Shown here in pieces: positions 45,057 to 54,750 of a stretch of DNA of 64,000 nt. Source of the stretch: an uncultured Spirochaetaceae bacterium (lineage in GTDB: Bacteria > Spirochaetota > Spirochaetia > SZUA-6 > DRHE01); contig CAZPPB010000005.1 in the NCBI GenBank assembly GCA_964588355.1, positions 218 to 64,217 of the forward strand, written 5' to 3'. The position numbers and the translations under genes are program-made. Every line of letters begins with the position of its first letter. The first letter of the stretch is position 1. The notes beneath the pieces were generated by a model, which made no database searches, was not told the origin of the DNA, and worked only from the letters and a program-made list of their open reading frames with translations.

Positions 45057-45685
45057 ACGGATCGGCTATGCCCACGGCCCAGGAGATCATCCGTTTCACC
45101 GATGAGGTACTGCGGCGTCCGGAGTTCAACCCTGCCGCCAGGCCGGCGCAGCGGCGGCTGAACTTCCTTGAGCGCTTCCTGGACTGGCTGGCTTCCCGGG
45201 GGCCGGTGCGGATCGGGCCGACCGGCCTGATCGTTCTGAAGACGCTTTTCATCCTGCTGCTGGTGATTCTGGTCGCCTACCTGGTGCGGCTGCTGCTTTC
45301 CGGATCGGTGCGTTGGGCCGCCCCCGCAGGCCGGCTTCGGAGCAGCCGGGATGCCGGTCCGGAGGTGACGGCTGTCCGGGGCGGCTTGAGCGGCTCCCTG
45401 GAGGACGCGCAGTTCGTCTTGAAACGGGGAGACCTGCGCACCGCCGTAAGGATCCTCTATCGGAATTTGATCGAAAGGCTCAGCCAAGGCGGTTTCCTCA
45501 AGGCTGCGCTATGGAAAACGAGCCTCGCCTATCTACGGGAATGCCCCCGGAGTGCGGAACAGTTCACCATGCTCGAGGAAACCGTACAGGCCTACAACGC
45601 CATCGTGTACGGCCACCTCTCCTACGACGACCGGGTGATCGAGCGGCTGCTGACCAGTCTGCGCGATCAGGGTGGGCAGAGATGA
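45053..45685 (+). CDS. DUF4129-like membrane-anchored protein
   Basis: ATG 45053 overlaps the upstream TGA; one TM; KTSLAYLRE...YNAIVYG pattern. The longer ORF-track start lies inside the upstream gene. Confidence 0.65.
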   Translation: MNGSAMPTAQEIIRFTDEVLRRPEFNPAARPAQRRLNFLERFLDWLASRGPVRIGPTGLIVLKTLFILLLVILVAYLVRLLLSGSVRWAAPAGRLRSSRDAGPEVTAVRGGLSGSLEDAQFVLKRGDLRTAVRILYRNLIERLSQGGFLKAALWKTSLAYLRECPRSAEQFTMLEETVQAYNAIVYGHLSYDDRVIERLLTSLRDQGGQR

Positions 45686-46866
45686 ATCGCACCGCCAAGC
45701 AGAACCTGGCGGTTGCCGGACTCTCCCTCGGCGTCTTTGTCCTGGTGATCCTGCTGCTGAGCACCGCGCAGGACGGTCCCCAGTCCTCCTACCAGGAGAA
45801 AACCTCGAGCTTTTTCACAGACTCCAGCGGGACCAAGGCGATATACCTCGTACTGCAGCAGTTCCTGCCTTCGGCGAAGAGGTGGATGAAACCGCTTCAC
45901 CTCCTTCCGCCCCCGGAAGGCGGCAATGCGACGAGCCTGCTGATCATCGGACCCACCGACCCGCTCGACGTCGCGGAGGCGGAGGCTCTCGACCGTTGGA
46001 TCGTCCAGGGCGGGCAGCTGATCCTGGCCCTGCAGCGGCCCTGGCATATCCTGGAGCAGGCGGCGGAGCAGAGCCCGGAGCCGGAACCGTTCCTGCTGCG
46101 GCATGGTTTCTCCTTCACCTCGGCAGAAGATGTGGTGAGCAGGTTCAAAGAGTATGAGAATCCGATCGGCCCGCTGCTGCTGGGAGGCAGCGCGCTGCGG
46201 GCCGGTGAGTTTACCGAGCTTTTCAGCGACCAGCTGTACATCAAAGGAGCTGCGAAGCAGCTTGGGTCCGGCAGGATCGTGGTGATCGCCGATCGGCAGG
46301 CCTGGTCCAACGATCGGCTGGCTGAAAGCCGGAATTCGGTCTGGCTGGTCTCCACCGTGTTCTCCTGGAGCAACGGCCGGCTGCTGATCGACGAGTACCA
46401 TCACGGCTTTCAGAGCAGCAGGGGCCCGGTCTCCCTGATCCTCTCCTTCATCACCTCGTCTTGGGGACTGGTCTTTGTGCAGTTGGCGGCGGCGGGTCTC
46501 CTGCTGGTCTGGCTGCGGGGCAGACGTTTCGGCCCGGTGATCGACCTTCCCGCCGAGAGAAGACAGGATCCTCTCAGCAGAGTCGAGTCTCTGGCCACCC
46601 TGCTGACCACGGCCAAGGCTACCTCCTTCGCCCTGCAATCGGTCCATCAGCTGCTTCTGCACCGCCTGTGGCAGCTGCGCTTCGGAACTCTGTCCGTGCG
46701 CCCGCACACAAAAGCGGAGAGGGGAATCGGCAAAAACGTATTTTCTGCGGACTATCGTTCCCTGCTCCGAGACCAGGAGCAGGGCAACGCCCCGAGTGAG
46801 GAGGAACTGTTGCGGGCGGCTCGGGAGGCCGGAAAAATAATACAGGAGTACAAAAGTGGACGATAA
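45682..46866 (+). CDS. DUF4350-like membrane protein
   Basis: N-terminal TM, DSSGTKA, GSGRIVVIAD..WSN, LIDEYHHG, second TM, RRFGP; ATGA overlap. Confidence 0.72.
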   Translation: MNRTAKQNLAVAGLSLGVFVLVILLLSTAQDGPQSSYQEKTSSFFTDSSGTKAIYLVLQQFLPSAKRWMKPLHLLPPPEGGNATSLLIIGPTDPLDVAEAEALDRWIVQGGQLILALQRPWHILEQAAEQSPEPEPFLLRHGFSFTSAEDVVSRFKEYENPIGPLLLGGSALRAGEFTELFSDQLYIKGAAKQLGSGRIVVIADRQAWSNDRLAESRNSVWLVSTVFSWSNGRLLIDEYHHGFQSSRGPVSLILSFITSSWGLVFVQLAAAGLLLVWLRGRRFGPVIDLPAERRQDPLSRVESLATLLTTAKATSFALQSVHQLLLHRLWQLRFGTLSVRPHTKAERGIGKNVFSADYRSLLRDQEQGNAPSEEELLRAAREAGKIIQEYKSGR

Positions 46867-47821
46867 GAGTCTTCAGAAAGCCCTGGCGGTTTCTACAGCG
46901 ATCCGCGAGGAACTGGGCCGCATCATCATCGGCCAGGAGCCGGTGGTGGAGGAACTGCTCACCGCATTTGTAGCAGGCGGCCATGTTCTCTTTGAAGGGG
47001 TGCCCGGCCTGGCCAAGACTCTGGCGGTGCGCTGTCTGGCCGCCAGCCTGGATCTTTCCTATTCCCGCATCCAGTTCACCCCCGATCTGATGCCGGTGGA
47101 TATTACGGGAGTGAACATATACGACAGCGGGAAAATGGAGTTCATCTTCCGCCGGGGCCCGATCTTCGCCGACATCATCCTGGCCGATGAGATCAATCGG
47201 GCACCGGCCAAGACGCAGTCGGCCCTTCTGGAAGCGATGCAGGAGCGGCAGGTTACGGTTGACGGCAAGAACCACCCCCTGTCGCAGCTTTTCATGGTGG
47301 CCGCCACCCAGAATCCGATCGAATACGAAGGGACCTATCCCCTTCCGGAAGCTCAGCTCGATCGTTTTATCATGAAAATACTGATCCACTACCCCGATGC
47401 CGGGGAGGAGCTGCGTATGCTGGAAACCATGAACGGCATCGGCGCCCGCGCCTACGATGCCCACCGCCTCATCAAGAAGCGGGCCTCCGCCGCCCAGATC
47501 CGCACCCTGCGCCTGGGAGTTCACGAAATCGAAACAGACCAGAATATCCTGAGCTACATCATCGCCATCGTGCAGGCGACCCGGTCCTTTCCCAGCCTGA
47601 GCCTGGGAGCCAGTCCGAGAGCCGCGGTGATGATCCTGCATGCCGCCAAGGCGCTCGCCCTGCTGAGAGGCAGCCCCTACGTGCGGCCGGATGAGGTCCA
47701 GTCCGTCGTCCGCCCCGCCCTGAGACATAGGGTATTACTGACCCCGGAGGCGCAGATCGAGGGGTTGAGCGCCGACGACTGCCTGGAAACCCTTCTCAAG
47801 CAGGTGCCCGTACCGAATTAG
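46856..47821 (+). CDS. MoxR-family AAA+ ATPase
   Basis: EGVPGLAKT, RIQFTPDLMPVDITG, LADEINRAPAKTQSALLEAMQE, LPEAQLDRF, GASPRA. Confidence 0.95.
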   Translation: MDDKSLQKALAVSTAIREELGRIIIGQEPVVEELLTAFVAGGHVLFEGVPGLAKTLAVRCLAASLDLSYSRIQFTPDLMPVDITGVNIYDSGKMEFIFRRGPIFADIILADEINRAPAKTQSALLEAMQERQVTVDGKNHPLSQLFMVAATQNPIEYEGTYPLPEAQLDRFIMKILIHYPDAGEELRMLETMNGIGARAYDAHRLIKKRASAAQIRTLRLGVHEIETDQNILSYIIAIVQATRSFPSLSLGASPRAAVMILHAAKALALLRGSPYVRPDEVQSVVRPALRHRVLLTPEAQIEGLSADDCLETLLKQVPVPN

Positions 47822-47823
47822 TC

Positions 47824-49134
47824 ATGCTTCCCGCCAGACGCCTGATCATCCTGGTCGCCGCCACCTCTCCGTTGTGGTTTGTCGCCGCGGTCGTTCCGGC
47901 AACCTGGGTGATCCCGACGGGCTGTCTGCTGGTACTGGCCGGTTTGAGCGTGTGGAACTATCTGCACACCCCGGAGGCGGACCGGCTGGCGGCGCAACGG
48001 ACCCTTCCGGCGCGGCTTTCCCTGGACTCCGAATACACTGTCCGCCTGAGTGTGGAGAATCGATCCCGACAGAGGATCCTTCTGGAGATGCGAGACGAGG
48101 TTCCGGAGTGTCTGGTTGCCGACACCCTGCCGGCGGACTGCCTGGTCGAACCCGGCGCCACCGTGGATATTCCCTACCGGGTGCGCGTAGTGAAGAGGGG
48201 CATCGCCGAGTTTCCCAAAATTCACTGCCGCGTGCAGGCCGGCCCCGCTCTGGTGCACCGGCAGTTTTCCCTGGATGTGTCTTCCCGCTCCAAGGTTTAC
48301 CCCAGATTCCTGGGCGTGGATCGGTACGATCTGCTCGCCCTGATCGATCAGCGGGAGGAGGCGCTCAGGACCTCGCGAAAGGTAAGGGAGCGCGGCTCGG
48401 ATTTCGAGAGCCTGCGTCCCTACAACACCGGGGACGATCTTCGGCAGGTCGACTGGAAGGTTTCGGCAAAGAGGGGAACCCTGATCAGCCGCAATTACCA
48501 AATCGAAAAAGGCCAGCAGCTGACGATCCTCATCGACGGGGGACGTTTCATGGTGGAGGAAATCGGAGGCCGTCCCCGTTTCGAGCACGCCCTGAACGCT
48601 GCGGCCATGCTCAGCTACGTCGCGCAGAAGCGCGGCGACGCGGTATCCGTGGCCTGCTTTTCCAACCGGATCGAGGCCTATATGCCGACCACCAAGGGAC
48701 AGCTGATCATGCCCCGTGTCCTGGAAACCCTGTTCGAGGTCCGGCCGAGAAACGTGGAATCCGACTACTGGCACGTTTTCGCCCAGGTCCTTGCCCGTCT
48801 GCAGAGGCGCAGTCTGATCATTTTGTTGAGCGAGGTATTGGACCGGGCCGGAAGCAGCGGCCTGATCAACAACCTGGTGCGGGCCACCCGCAAACACCTG
48901 ATTCTCTGCGTCGTCATGGTGGAAGCCGAGCTGTACAGCGCGGCCGATGCGCTGCCTTACGATCTGCCCTCAACCTACCGCAAGGCCGCCGCCAGTCACG
49001 TGACCCTGGAACGCCAACTAGCGCTGGCGGACATGCGCAGCCGGGGAATCATGGTGCTGGAGACCTCTCCGCAAGCCTTCAGCATTCAATTGGTTCGAAA
49101 GTACCTGGAAATCAGAAGGACGGGTCTGCTGTAG
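47824..49134 (+). CDS. DUF58 domain protein
   Basis: GSDFESLRPYNTGDDLRQVDWKVSAK; IDGGRFM; FEHALNAA. Confidence 0.88.
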   Translation: MLPARRLIILVAATSPLWFVAAVVPATWVIPTGCLLVLAGLSVWNYLHTPEADRLAAQRTLPARLSLDSEYTVRLSVENRSRQRILLEMRDEVPECLVADTLPADCLVEPGATVDIPYRVRVVKRGIAEFPKIHCRVQAGPALVHRQFSLDVSSRSKVYPRFLGVDRYDLLALIDQREEALRTSRKVRERGSDFESLRPYNTGDDLRQVDWKVSAKRGTLISRNYQIEKGQQLTILIDGGRFMVEEIGGRPRFEHALNAAAMLSYVAQKRGDAVSVACFSNRIEAYMPTTKGQLIMPRVLETLFEVRPRNVESDYWHVFAQVLARLQRRSLIILLSEVLDRAGSSGLINNLVRATRKHLILCVVMVEAELYSAADALPYDLPSTYRKAAASHVTLERQLALADMRSRGIMVLETSPQAFSIQLVRKYLEIRRTGLL

Positions 49135-49135
49135 T

Positions 49136-50938
49136 ATGGAGGAAGTACTAAAAATCGCCACCCCGGACAACGTTGAGCTGGAGTTCGACCTGGCCGGCGC
49201 GGGCTCGCGTTTCCTGGCTCTGTTCATCGATACCCTGGTGTGGTCGGGAATTATGATCGTCCTGGTGGTGGGTTTCACCGTAACCAGCGGACAGGCCCTG
49301 TCGAGATCCCTGTCCGGCCTGGAAGCCTGGCAGACCGCCGTGTTCATCTTTATTTTCTTTCTGACCCGGTGGGGCTACTACATCTTCTTCGAATCGATGC
49401 TCAGAGGCCAGACCCCCGGCAAGAGAGCGATCGGACTGCGGGTGATCCGGGAAAACGGGCTGCCCCCCTCCACGAGCCAGATCCTGATCCGCAACCTCCT
49501 GCGCATCGCCGACATGCTCCCTCCGCCAATCTATCTGGTGGGTGCGCTCAGCGTACTGCTGAGCAAGAGGGGACAGCGGCTGGGAGATATGGCGGCGGGG
49601 ACCCTGGTGATCAGAGAACGCTTCGGCACCGGGAGCCGCACCAGGGACAGCCGCGACTACGGAGCCGGCTGGATCGCCAGACTGGAGAGGGGACACTCCC
49701 AGTTTGCTCTGGTGCTGCCGAAGGGCACGATCACCATTCGCCAGGTTGCCCTGATCGACGCCTACCACAACCGCAAAGAAAGCCTGAGCCAGGAGCAGAG
49801 GAACAGGCTGGCCTGGGAGATCAGCAAACCCCTCTTCCTCCTGTTCGACCAGCAGCCGGAGGACCTGGAAAACGATCCGGATCGCCTCCGGGTCTGCGAA
49901 TCGCTCATGGATGAGATATTGACCCGGGTGCGGCAGAGCGCCGGTGGGGAAGCAGACCGCGGGAAGATCGACGAGGATGCGCAGAGCAAGTCCCGCACCT
50001 GGAGCTCCTTTGGCGCCAGAGTCGAAAAACTTCTGCGCAGCGGCAAGAGAGGACTGAGAAAACTGACTGGCCCGGACATGAAGGGTCTCCTGGTCGACTA
50101 CCGCCGTGTTTCCACTGATCTGGCCCGGGCTCAATCCATGGGTGCGGACCGCAACACGATCACAAAACTCAACCGGATGGCTATCGGCGGCCACAATCTG
50201 CTCTACGGTTACGTGAAAACCAGGATGGCGGTGTCCGGCCGACGCTGGTTCGGCCTGTTTGCCCGAGAAGTTCGGGAAAACTACCGCGTCGTACTGCTGT
50301 CGGCCTCTATCTTCTTCGCCGCCGCCCTTGTCAGTTTACTGGCCGTCCGCTGGCACCCGGAGCTGGCCTTCGAACTGGTGGGGCCCCAGTTCTACGACTT
50401 CCAACCGGCCCGGGAGGAATCGCTGCACGATATTCCCCAGATCATTCGCCCGGTCGCCGCCTCGGCGATACTGAGCAATAATCTGCAGGTTGCGATCCTG
50501 GCCTTCGCCTTCGGCATGACGCTGGGCATCGGCACGGTGTATCTGCTGCTCTACAATGGCATCCACCTGGGTTCGGTGATCGGCTGGATGGGCCTGACCG
50601 GAAACGGCCGCGCCCTGTGGGGATGGGTTATGCCCCACGGGGCTACTGAAATCACGGCCATCATCATCGCCGGAGCCGCCGGGCTGCTGCTGGCAAAGGG
50701 AGTACTGGTTCCAGGCCGCTACAGGCGCTGCGGGTCACTCAAGATGATGGCGCAAAAAGCTCTGATACTGGAGCTGGGCTGCATGCTGATGCTGGGCGCG
50801 GCCGGCCTGATCGAAGGATTCGCCTCCCCCAGCCAGATCGGTTTCCCGGTGAGAATAGCGATCATGGTCGGCAGCATCCTGTTGTGGGCGCTGTATTTCA
50901 GCAGCGCAGGAAAATCGAAGCGGATCGTTGGGGTGTAG
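49136..50938 (+). CDS. RDD-family domain fused to SpoIIM (DUF95)-family membrane domain
   Basis: N-terminus TPDNVELEF..AGAGSRFLA..GQTPGKR..QRLGDMAAGT (RDD); C-terminus YRRVSTDLA...NNLQVA...PHGATE...IEGF (SpoIIM); a single 600-aa frame. Confidence 0.85.
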   Translation: MEEVLKIATPDNVELEFDLAGAGSRFLALFIDTLVWSGIMIVLVVGFTVTSGQALSRSLSGLEAWQTAVFIFIFFLTRWGYYIFFESMLRGQTPGKRAIGLRVIRENGLPPSTSQILIRNLLRIADMLPPPIYLVGALSVLLSKRGQRLGDMAAGTLVIRERFGTGSRTRDSRDYGAGWIARLERGHSQFALVLPKGTITIRQVALIDAYHNRKESLSQEQRNRLAWEISKPLFLLFDQQPEDLENDPDRLRVCESLMDEILTRVRQSAGGEADRGKIDEDAQSKSRTWSSFGARVEKLLRSGKRGLRKLTGPDMKGLLVDYRRVSTDLARAQSMGADRNTITKLNRMAIGGHNLLYGYVKTRMAVSGRRWFGLFAREVRENYRVVLLSASIFFAAALVSLLAVRWHPELAFELVGPQFYDFQPAREESLHDIPQIIRPVAASAILSNNLQVAILAFAFGMTLGIGTVYLLLYNGIHLGSVIGWMGLTGNGRALWGWVMPHGATEITAIIIAGAAGLLLAKGVLVPGRYRRCGSLKMMAQKALILELGCMLMLGAAGLIEGFASPSQIGFPVRIAIMVGSILLWALYFSSAGKSKRIVGV

Positions 50939-50947
50939 GAAGGATGA

Positions 50948-50976
50948 TTCCCCAACCCCTGCCCGCCGGTTATAAT
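50948..50976 (+). promoter_or_regulatory. Possible sigma70 promoter of the AI-2E gene
   Basis: Perfect TATAAT at 50971-50976; weak -35 TTCCCC with a 17 nt spacer. Confidence 0.45.
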
Positions 50977-51029
50977 CCGGAAGCAGATAACTGCGTTCAC
51001 CCCAAGATTTCACGACACGGAGACAGGTG

Positions 51030-52139
51030 ATGGCAAAAGAGAAAAAACGCAGACAAGAGGCGAATCAGCCCACCGAGTTTCAGATGGGTTCACGAAAGCT
51101 CAATCGAACCTTCCTCCTCATCCTGCTGGCAGGCGCCGGGCTGCTGGTGTTTTTTGTCGCCAAGGTGTTCCTCCTCCCGATCCTCCTGGCTGCGATCGCC
51201 GCGGCTCTGTTCCGTCCGCTGAACATGAAAATTCTCAGAGCGCTCAAGGGCAGGGCCACGCTGGCAGCTCTACTTTCCCTCGTGATTTTCTGTCTGATCA
51301 TACTCATCCCGCTCGCCCTTCTCGGCACCCTGGTCACCCAGAACGTGATAGAGGTGACCCGGCTGGTCAACCGGAACACTCCTCAGATCAAGAGCTGGTT
51401 TCAGAATGTTGACTCCTGGATCGCGGCCCTCCCCTTTGTCGGGGGTCAGCGGGTATCCACACTGATCGACAGCAACCGGCTGGTCAACTTCATCCAGCAG
51501 GCGGGCAGCACGCTGGTGGAAGGGGTGACCAGTCTTGCCGGTAATATCGCCCGGACCCTGCTTCTGCTCTTTGTTTTCATCTACAGTCTGTTTTTCCTGA
51601 TCAGAGACGGTGACAAGGCTCTGATCTCCGTTTCCGAGGCGATTCCTCTGCTCGAAGAGGACAAACTCGCGATTACCGACAAATTCGTTTCGGTGAGCCG
51701 GGCCACCTTGAAAAGCACCTTTCTGATCGGAGGCATCCAGGGCGTGATTGGTACGATCCTCTTCGTTGCCCTCGGCATTCCCGGCGCCGTACTGTTCGGT
51801 GTCCTGTTTCTGGTTCTGGCCGCCATCCCCGGTTTGGGTCCCGCGGTGATCTGGCTGCCTACAACGGTGATCCTGTTTGCCCTGCAGAGATATTTTTCGG
51901 CGGCAGTCATGCTGGTGATCGGCGCGGGTGTGATTCCCCTGGTTGACTACATACTCCGTCCGCGGCTGGTGGGCAAAGACACGCAGCTGCATCCGCTTCT
52001 GGTTTTCATCGGGGTACTGGGCGGGGTCGCCCTCTTCGGAATCTGGGGACTGTTGTTCGGACCCCTGGCCATGAGTGTGGCGGTTACTCTGACAACCATT
52101 TTCAAACGCATCTTCAAGGGAGAACTCAAGGATATCTGA
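51030..52139 (+). CDS. AI-2E (PerM/UPF0118) family transporter
   Basis: FFLIRDG, QGVIG, IPGLGPAVIWLP, DYILRPRLVG, LFGPL. Confidence 0.9.
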   Translation: MAKEKKRRQEANQPTEFQMGSRKLNRTFLLILLAGAGLLVFFVAKVFLLPILLAAIAAALFRPLNMKILRALKGRATLAALLSLVIFCLIILIPLALLGTLVTQNVIEVTRLVNRNTPQIKSWFQNVDSWIAALPFVGGQRVSTLIDSNRLVNFIQQAGSTLVEGVTSLAGNIARTLLLLFVFIYSLFFLIRDGDKALISVSEAIPLLEEDKLAITDKFVSVSRATLKSTFLIGGIQGVIGTILFVALGIPGAVLFGVLFLVLAAIPGLGPAVIWLPTTVILFALQRYFSAAVMLVIGAGVIPLVDYILRPRLVGKDTQLHPLLVFIGVLGGVALFGIWGLLFGPLAMSVAVTLTTIFKRIFKGELKDI

Positions 52140-52215
52140 AGAATAGCCCGCAGATCCGTGGGGACTTGTGTTTTGCTGTGCTCCTCCTATACTGAATAGT
52201 AGAGGAGGATAGAGT

Positions 52216-52413
52216 ATGTTTACGAACCTGGCTACGAATCTGGGCAGTGCGACGCTCGCGGATGTCCAGCGTCTGGAGAAGGAGATCGGCTATCCGCTCC
52301 TGGCCTTCTCTTTCTATGACGTAGAGCCGGCTGAGCTGGATGCGGACAAGCTCGCCAAGATTCAGGAATACGAAAAGGGCAAATGCATCTGCCTGCTGGC
52401 GGTCAAGCCGTAG
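52216..52413 (+). CDS. 65-aa protein with an internal two-fold repeat
   Basis: Strong GGAGG SD and upstream TATACT; repeats DVQRLEKEIGYPLLAF and KIQEYEKGKCICLLAV. Confidence 0.75.
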   Translation: MFTNLATNLGSATLADVQRLEKEIGYPLLAFSFYDVEPAELDADKLAKIQEYEKGKCICLLAVKP

Positions 52414-52437
52414 CCTTAGAGGAAACACCGCCAAACA

Positions 52438-53430
52438 CTATCGCCTCCGATACTGGGCCAGCAGCATCTGAACCTCCGCAAACATCTGTTCGGATACGAC
52501 AGTCCCGGTAACAAGGTCCAGTCCCTCTTCCATCACCCCTTCCCATTCCGCCGAGTCTTGAGGTGAGACCGGATGGATCTGCAAGCCGTTTTCCAACATG
52601 ATCTGCACAGCCTCTTGCTCGAGCGCTGCGGTTTCCTCGTTCAACGTGGTCAGATGCCGGTCCACGATGGCCAGCAGCTCCGTCTTGAGCGCTCCGGGAA
52701 TGCCTTCCCATACGCGCTCGGAAACAACGATCCCGCTGAGCATCGGGGCCAGCGGAAACTCCATCATGTTTTTCGCCAAACCGAACCACTGCAGCGCTGC
52801 GGCGGTCAGGGGCGTGAGCAGGAAGGACTCCAGCAGATCGCTCTGCAGTGCCGGAAGTACCTCCGTAGGTGCGATCGGAACCACACGAAATCCCAGCTCT
52901 TTCCAGGCATCGACGATCTCGGGGGAGGAGGGGTCCACGTGCATTTTCAGCCGTTGGGCGTCCCGGGGGGTGAAGACCGGGGTCTTCGAGAACAGATGAG
53001 CCCAGCCTGCCAGAAACCAGGCAACGAGGGTGAAGCCCTTCTCTTCCATCATCCGGTTGAAGGTGGGCTCGAGCTCGGCCATCACGTACTCCATCTCCCC
53101 GGAGGTCCGGACCACAAAGGGAAGCTGCACGGCGTAGAAATCCTCGACGATGCTGCCGAGTCCCACACCGGTGATGGCAGCCGCCTGCAGCTGATTGATC
53201 CTGATCTTGCGGATCATGCTGGGCTCGTCCCCCGCGATGCCCCCCGCGAACACCTTTACCTTGAGCCTGCCGCCGGAGGCGGCATGCCAGTCCGCGGCAA
53301 TCCGGCGAAGCGCCCTGTCCCAGGGCGACCCCTCGGGGGCCAGACTGCCGAGCTTGATCGTTTGTGCCTGCACACCGGCTGTCAGAACATAAAACAGACA
53401 CAGGCAAAACAGAACTTTCCGATACACCAT
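52438..53430 (-). CDS. TRAP transporter substrate-binding protein (DctP/TatP type)
   Basis: Signal peptide; IKLGSLAPEGSPW; GGIAGDE..MIRKIR; no DctQ/M gene in the window. Confidence 0.85.
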   Translation of the reverse strand: MVYRKVLFCLCLFYVLTAGVQAQTIKLGSLAPEGSPWDRALRRIAADWHAASGGRLKVKVFAGGIAGDEPSMIRKIRINQLQAAAITGVGLGSIVEDFYAVQLPFVVRTSGEMEYVMAELEPTFNRMMEEKGFTLVAWFLAGWAHLFSKTPVFTPRDAQRLKMHVDPSSPEIVDAWKELGFRVVPIAPTEVLPALQSDLLESFLLTPLTAAALQWFGLAKNMMEFPLAPMLSGIVVSERVWEGIPGALKTELLAIVDRHLTTLNEETAALEQEAVQIMLENGLQIHPVSPQDSAEWEGVMEEGLDLVTGTVVSEQMFAEVQMLLAQYRRR

Positions 53431-53436
53431 CTGCTG

Positions 53437-54750
53437 TTACGCAACCTCCAGATTCATCCGTGCTGATTCTCCCGCCGCTATACCATTGGCCAGGATCTCC
53501 AGTATGTTATATGTACCGCATTTCCGGGCATTGAGAAAGCCGCTCCAGGCGATTTCCGCCAGCCTTCCGCTTTCCAGAAGATCGAATAGCCACTGCCCCG
53601 TATAGGAGGGATCCTCCTGGGGAACCCCGGCCCCGATCTCGAGCAGCCATTTACGGTTGAAGACCTCCTGGGATCCGATCGTCGGGCTGATCATGATCGG
53701 AATCCCCAGGCCGCAGTAAAAGGACAGCTCGCTCGGTTTCGTCCAGAGTATATCGGTTTCATGGAGGATCCGGGAAAAGGACCTGAAGTACTCGTGCTTG
53801 CTGCGACCGAATATCACCCGGAGATTCCGATTTCCCGGCAGCAGCTGCTCCTTGAAGCTGTCGAAGCGGGACCTGACCTGTTCGCGAACACCGGCGACCA
53901 GGTTGAGGCGAACCGATCCCTGCTGCAGGCGATCCCTCAGGCTGGAGGCAATCTGACGGGCGATCTCCCCCTGCGCGCCCGCTCCGCCCACGGCGAAGGT
54001 GATCGTGATGGGGCCCGGGCTGTTGGCGGGGATTCCCGCTGAGCCCAGAAAGTGGGCAGCGTTCTTACCCTGCCGCCGCCGGAAGCGGCCTTCAGGATCC
54101 AGCCGGCACAACCTTCGGCCAAGATCGTATTTGAGACGATCCAGGCTCCTGTCTCCCAGCAGCTCCAGGGGCAGTGGGAAACCGGTCAGGGATATCCTCT
54201 GCGCAGGAACACCGTAGCTGCGAAGACGCAGAACCGTGCGCTCGCAGGGCACAAGATAGTGGATTCCGCTCTTTTGCGGATCTCGGGCGACCCATGCTCT
54301 GGCCACTTCGGCGTCGCAGATAACGCAGTACACCGGATCGTACCCGGCTCTGTCGGCGGCGATCGCCGGTGCCAGGTAGGAAGTGATCAGGGCAAGCGGC
54401 TTGCTGCCGATCCTCTCCAGCATGCCCCCGCACAACCCCCGGTCGATCAGGGTTTCCAGCAGCTTTACCTGACGATCCGGTGTGGAAAGATCCCTGACCG
54501 GATAGTAGGGGGGGATGCTGAGCAGGCGATCCATCAGACCGAACAGAGGTGTGCCGACCAGGGGAATCGATTTGCATCGGGAGATCATTTCGTAAGTTTT
54601 CCGCACCCTGTTCCACAGCCGGCTCTCTTCCGGTGAACAATATTGTTCTCCTCCGACCGGAATAATCCCGCCTTCGGCCACCGAAGCCAGCGGATACGTG
54701 GCCCGCTGATGGCCCAACCCCATATCAACAGTTGCTACCCAGGCTTTCAT
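53437..54750 (-). CDS. Uncharacterised GT-B-fold protein resembling GT28 (MGDG synthase/UgtP-like)
   Basis: DMGLGHQRA, WTKPSEL, PTIGSQEVFNRKWL (compare GxGH and PGQEExN). Family assignment is tentative. Confidence 0.6.
   Translation of the reverse strand: MKAWVATVDMGLGHQRATYPLASVAEGGIIPVGGEQYCSPEESRLWNRVRKTYEMISRCKSIPLVGTPLFGLMDRLLSIPPYYPVRDLSTPDRQVKLLETLIDRGLCGGMLERIGSKPLALITSYLAPAIAADRAGYDPVYCVICDAEVARAWVARDPQKSGIHYLVPCERTVLRLRSYGVPAQRISLTGFPLPLELLGDRSLDRLKYDLGRRLCRLDPEGRFRRRQGKNAAHFLGSAGIPANSPGPITITFAVGGAGAQGEIARQIASSLRDRLQQGSVRLNLVAGVREQVRSRFDSFKEQLLPGNRNLRVIFGRSKHEYFRSFSRILHETDILWTKPSELSFYCGLGIPIMISPTIGSQEVFNRKWLLEIGAGVPQEDPSYTGQWLFDLLESGRLAEIAWSGFLNARKCGTYNILEILANGIAAGESARMNLEVA

Noticed and set aside
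44423-45681. Long N-terminal extensions of the DUF4129-like and DUF4350-like ORFs in the track
   Set aside because: They overlap upstream genes in another frame; ATGA-coupled starts at 45053 and 45682 fit better.
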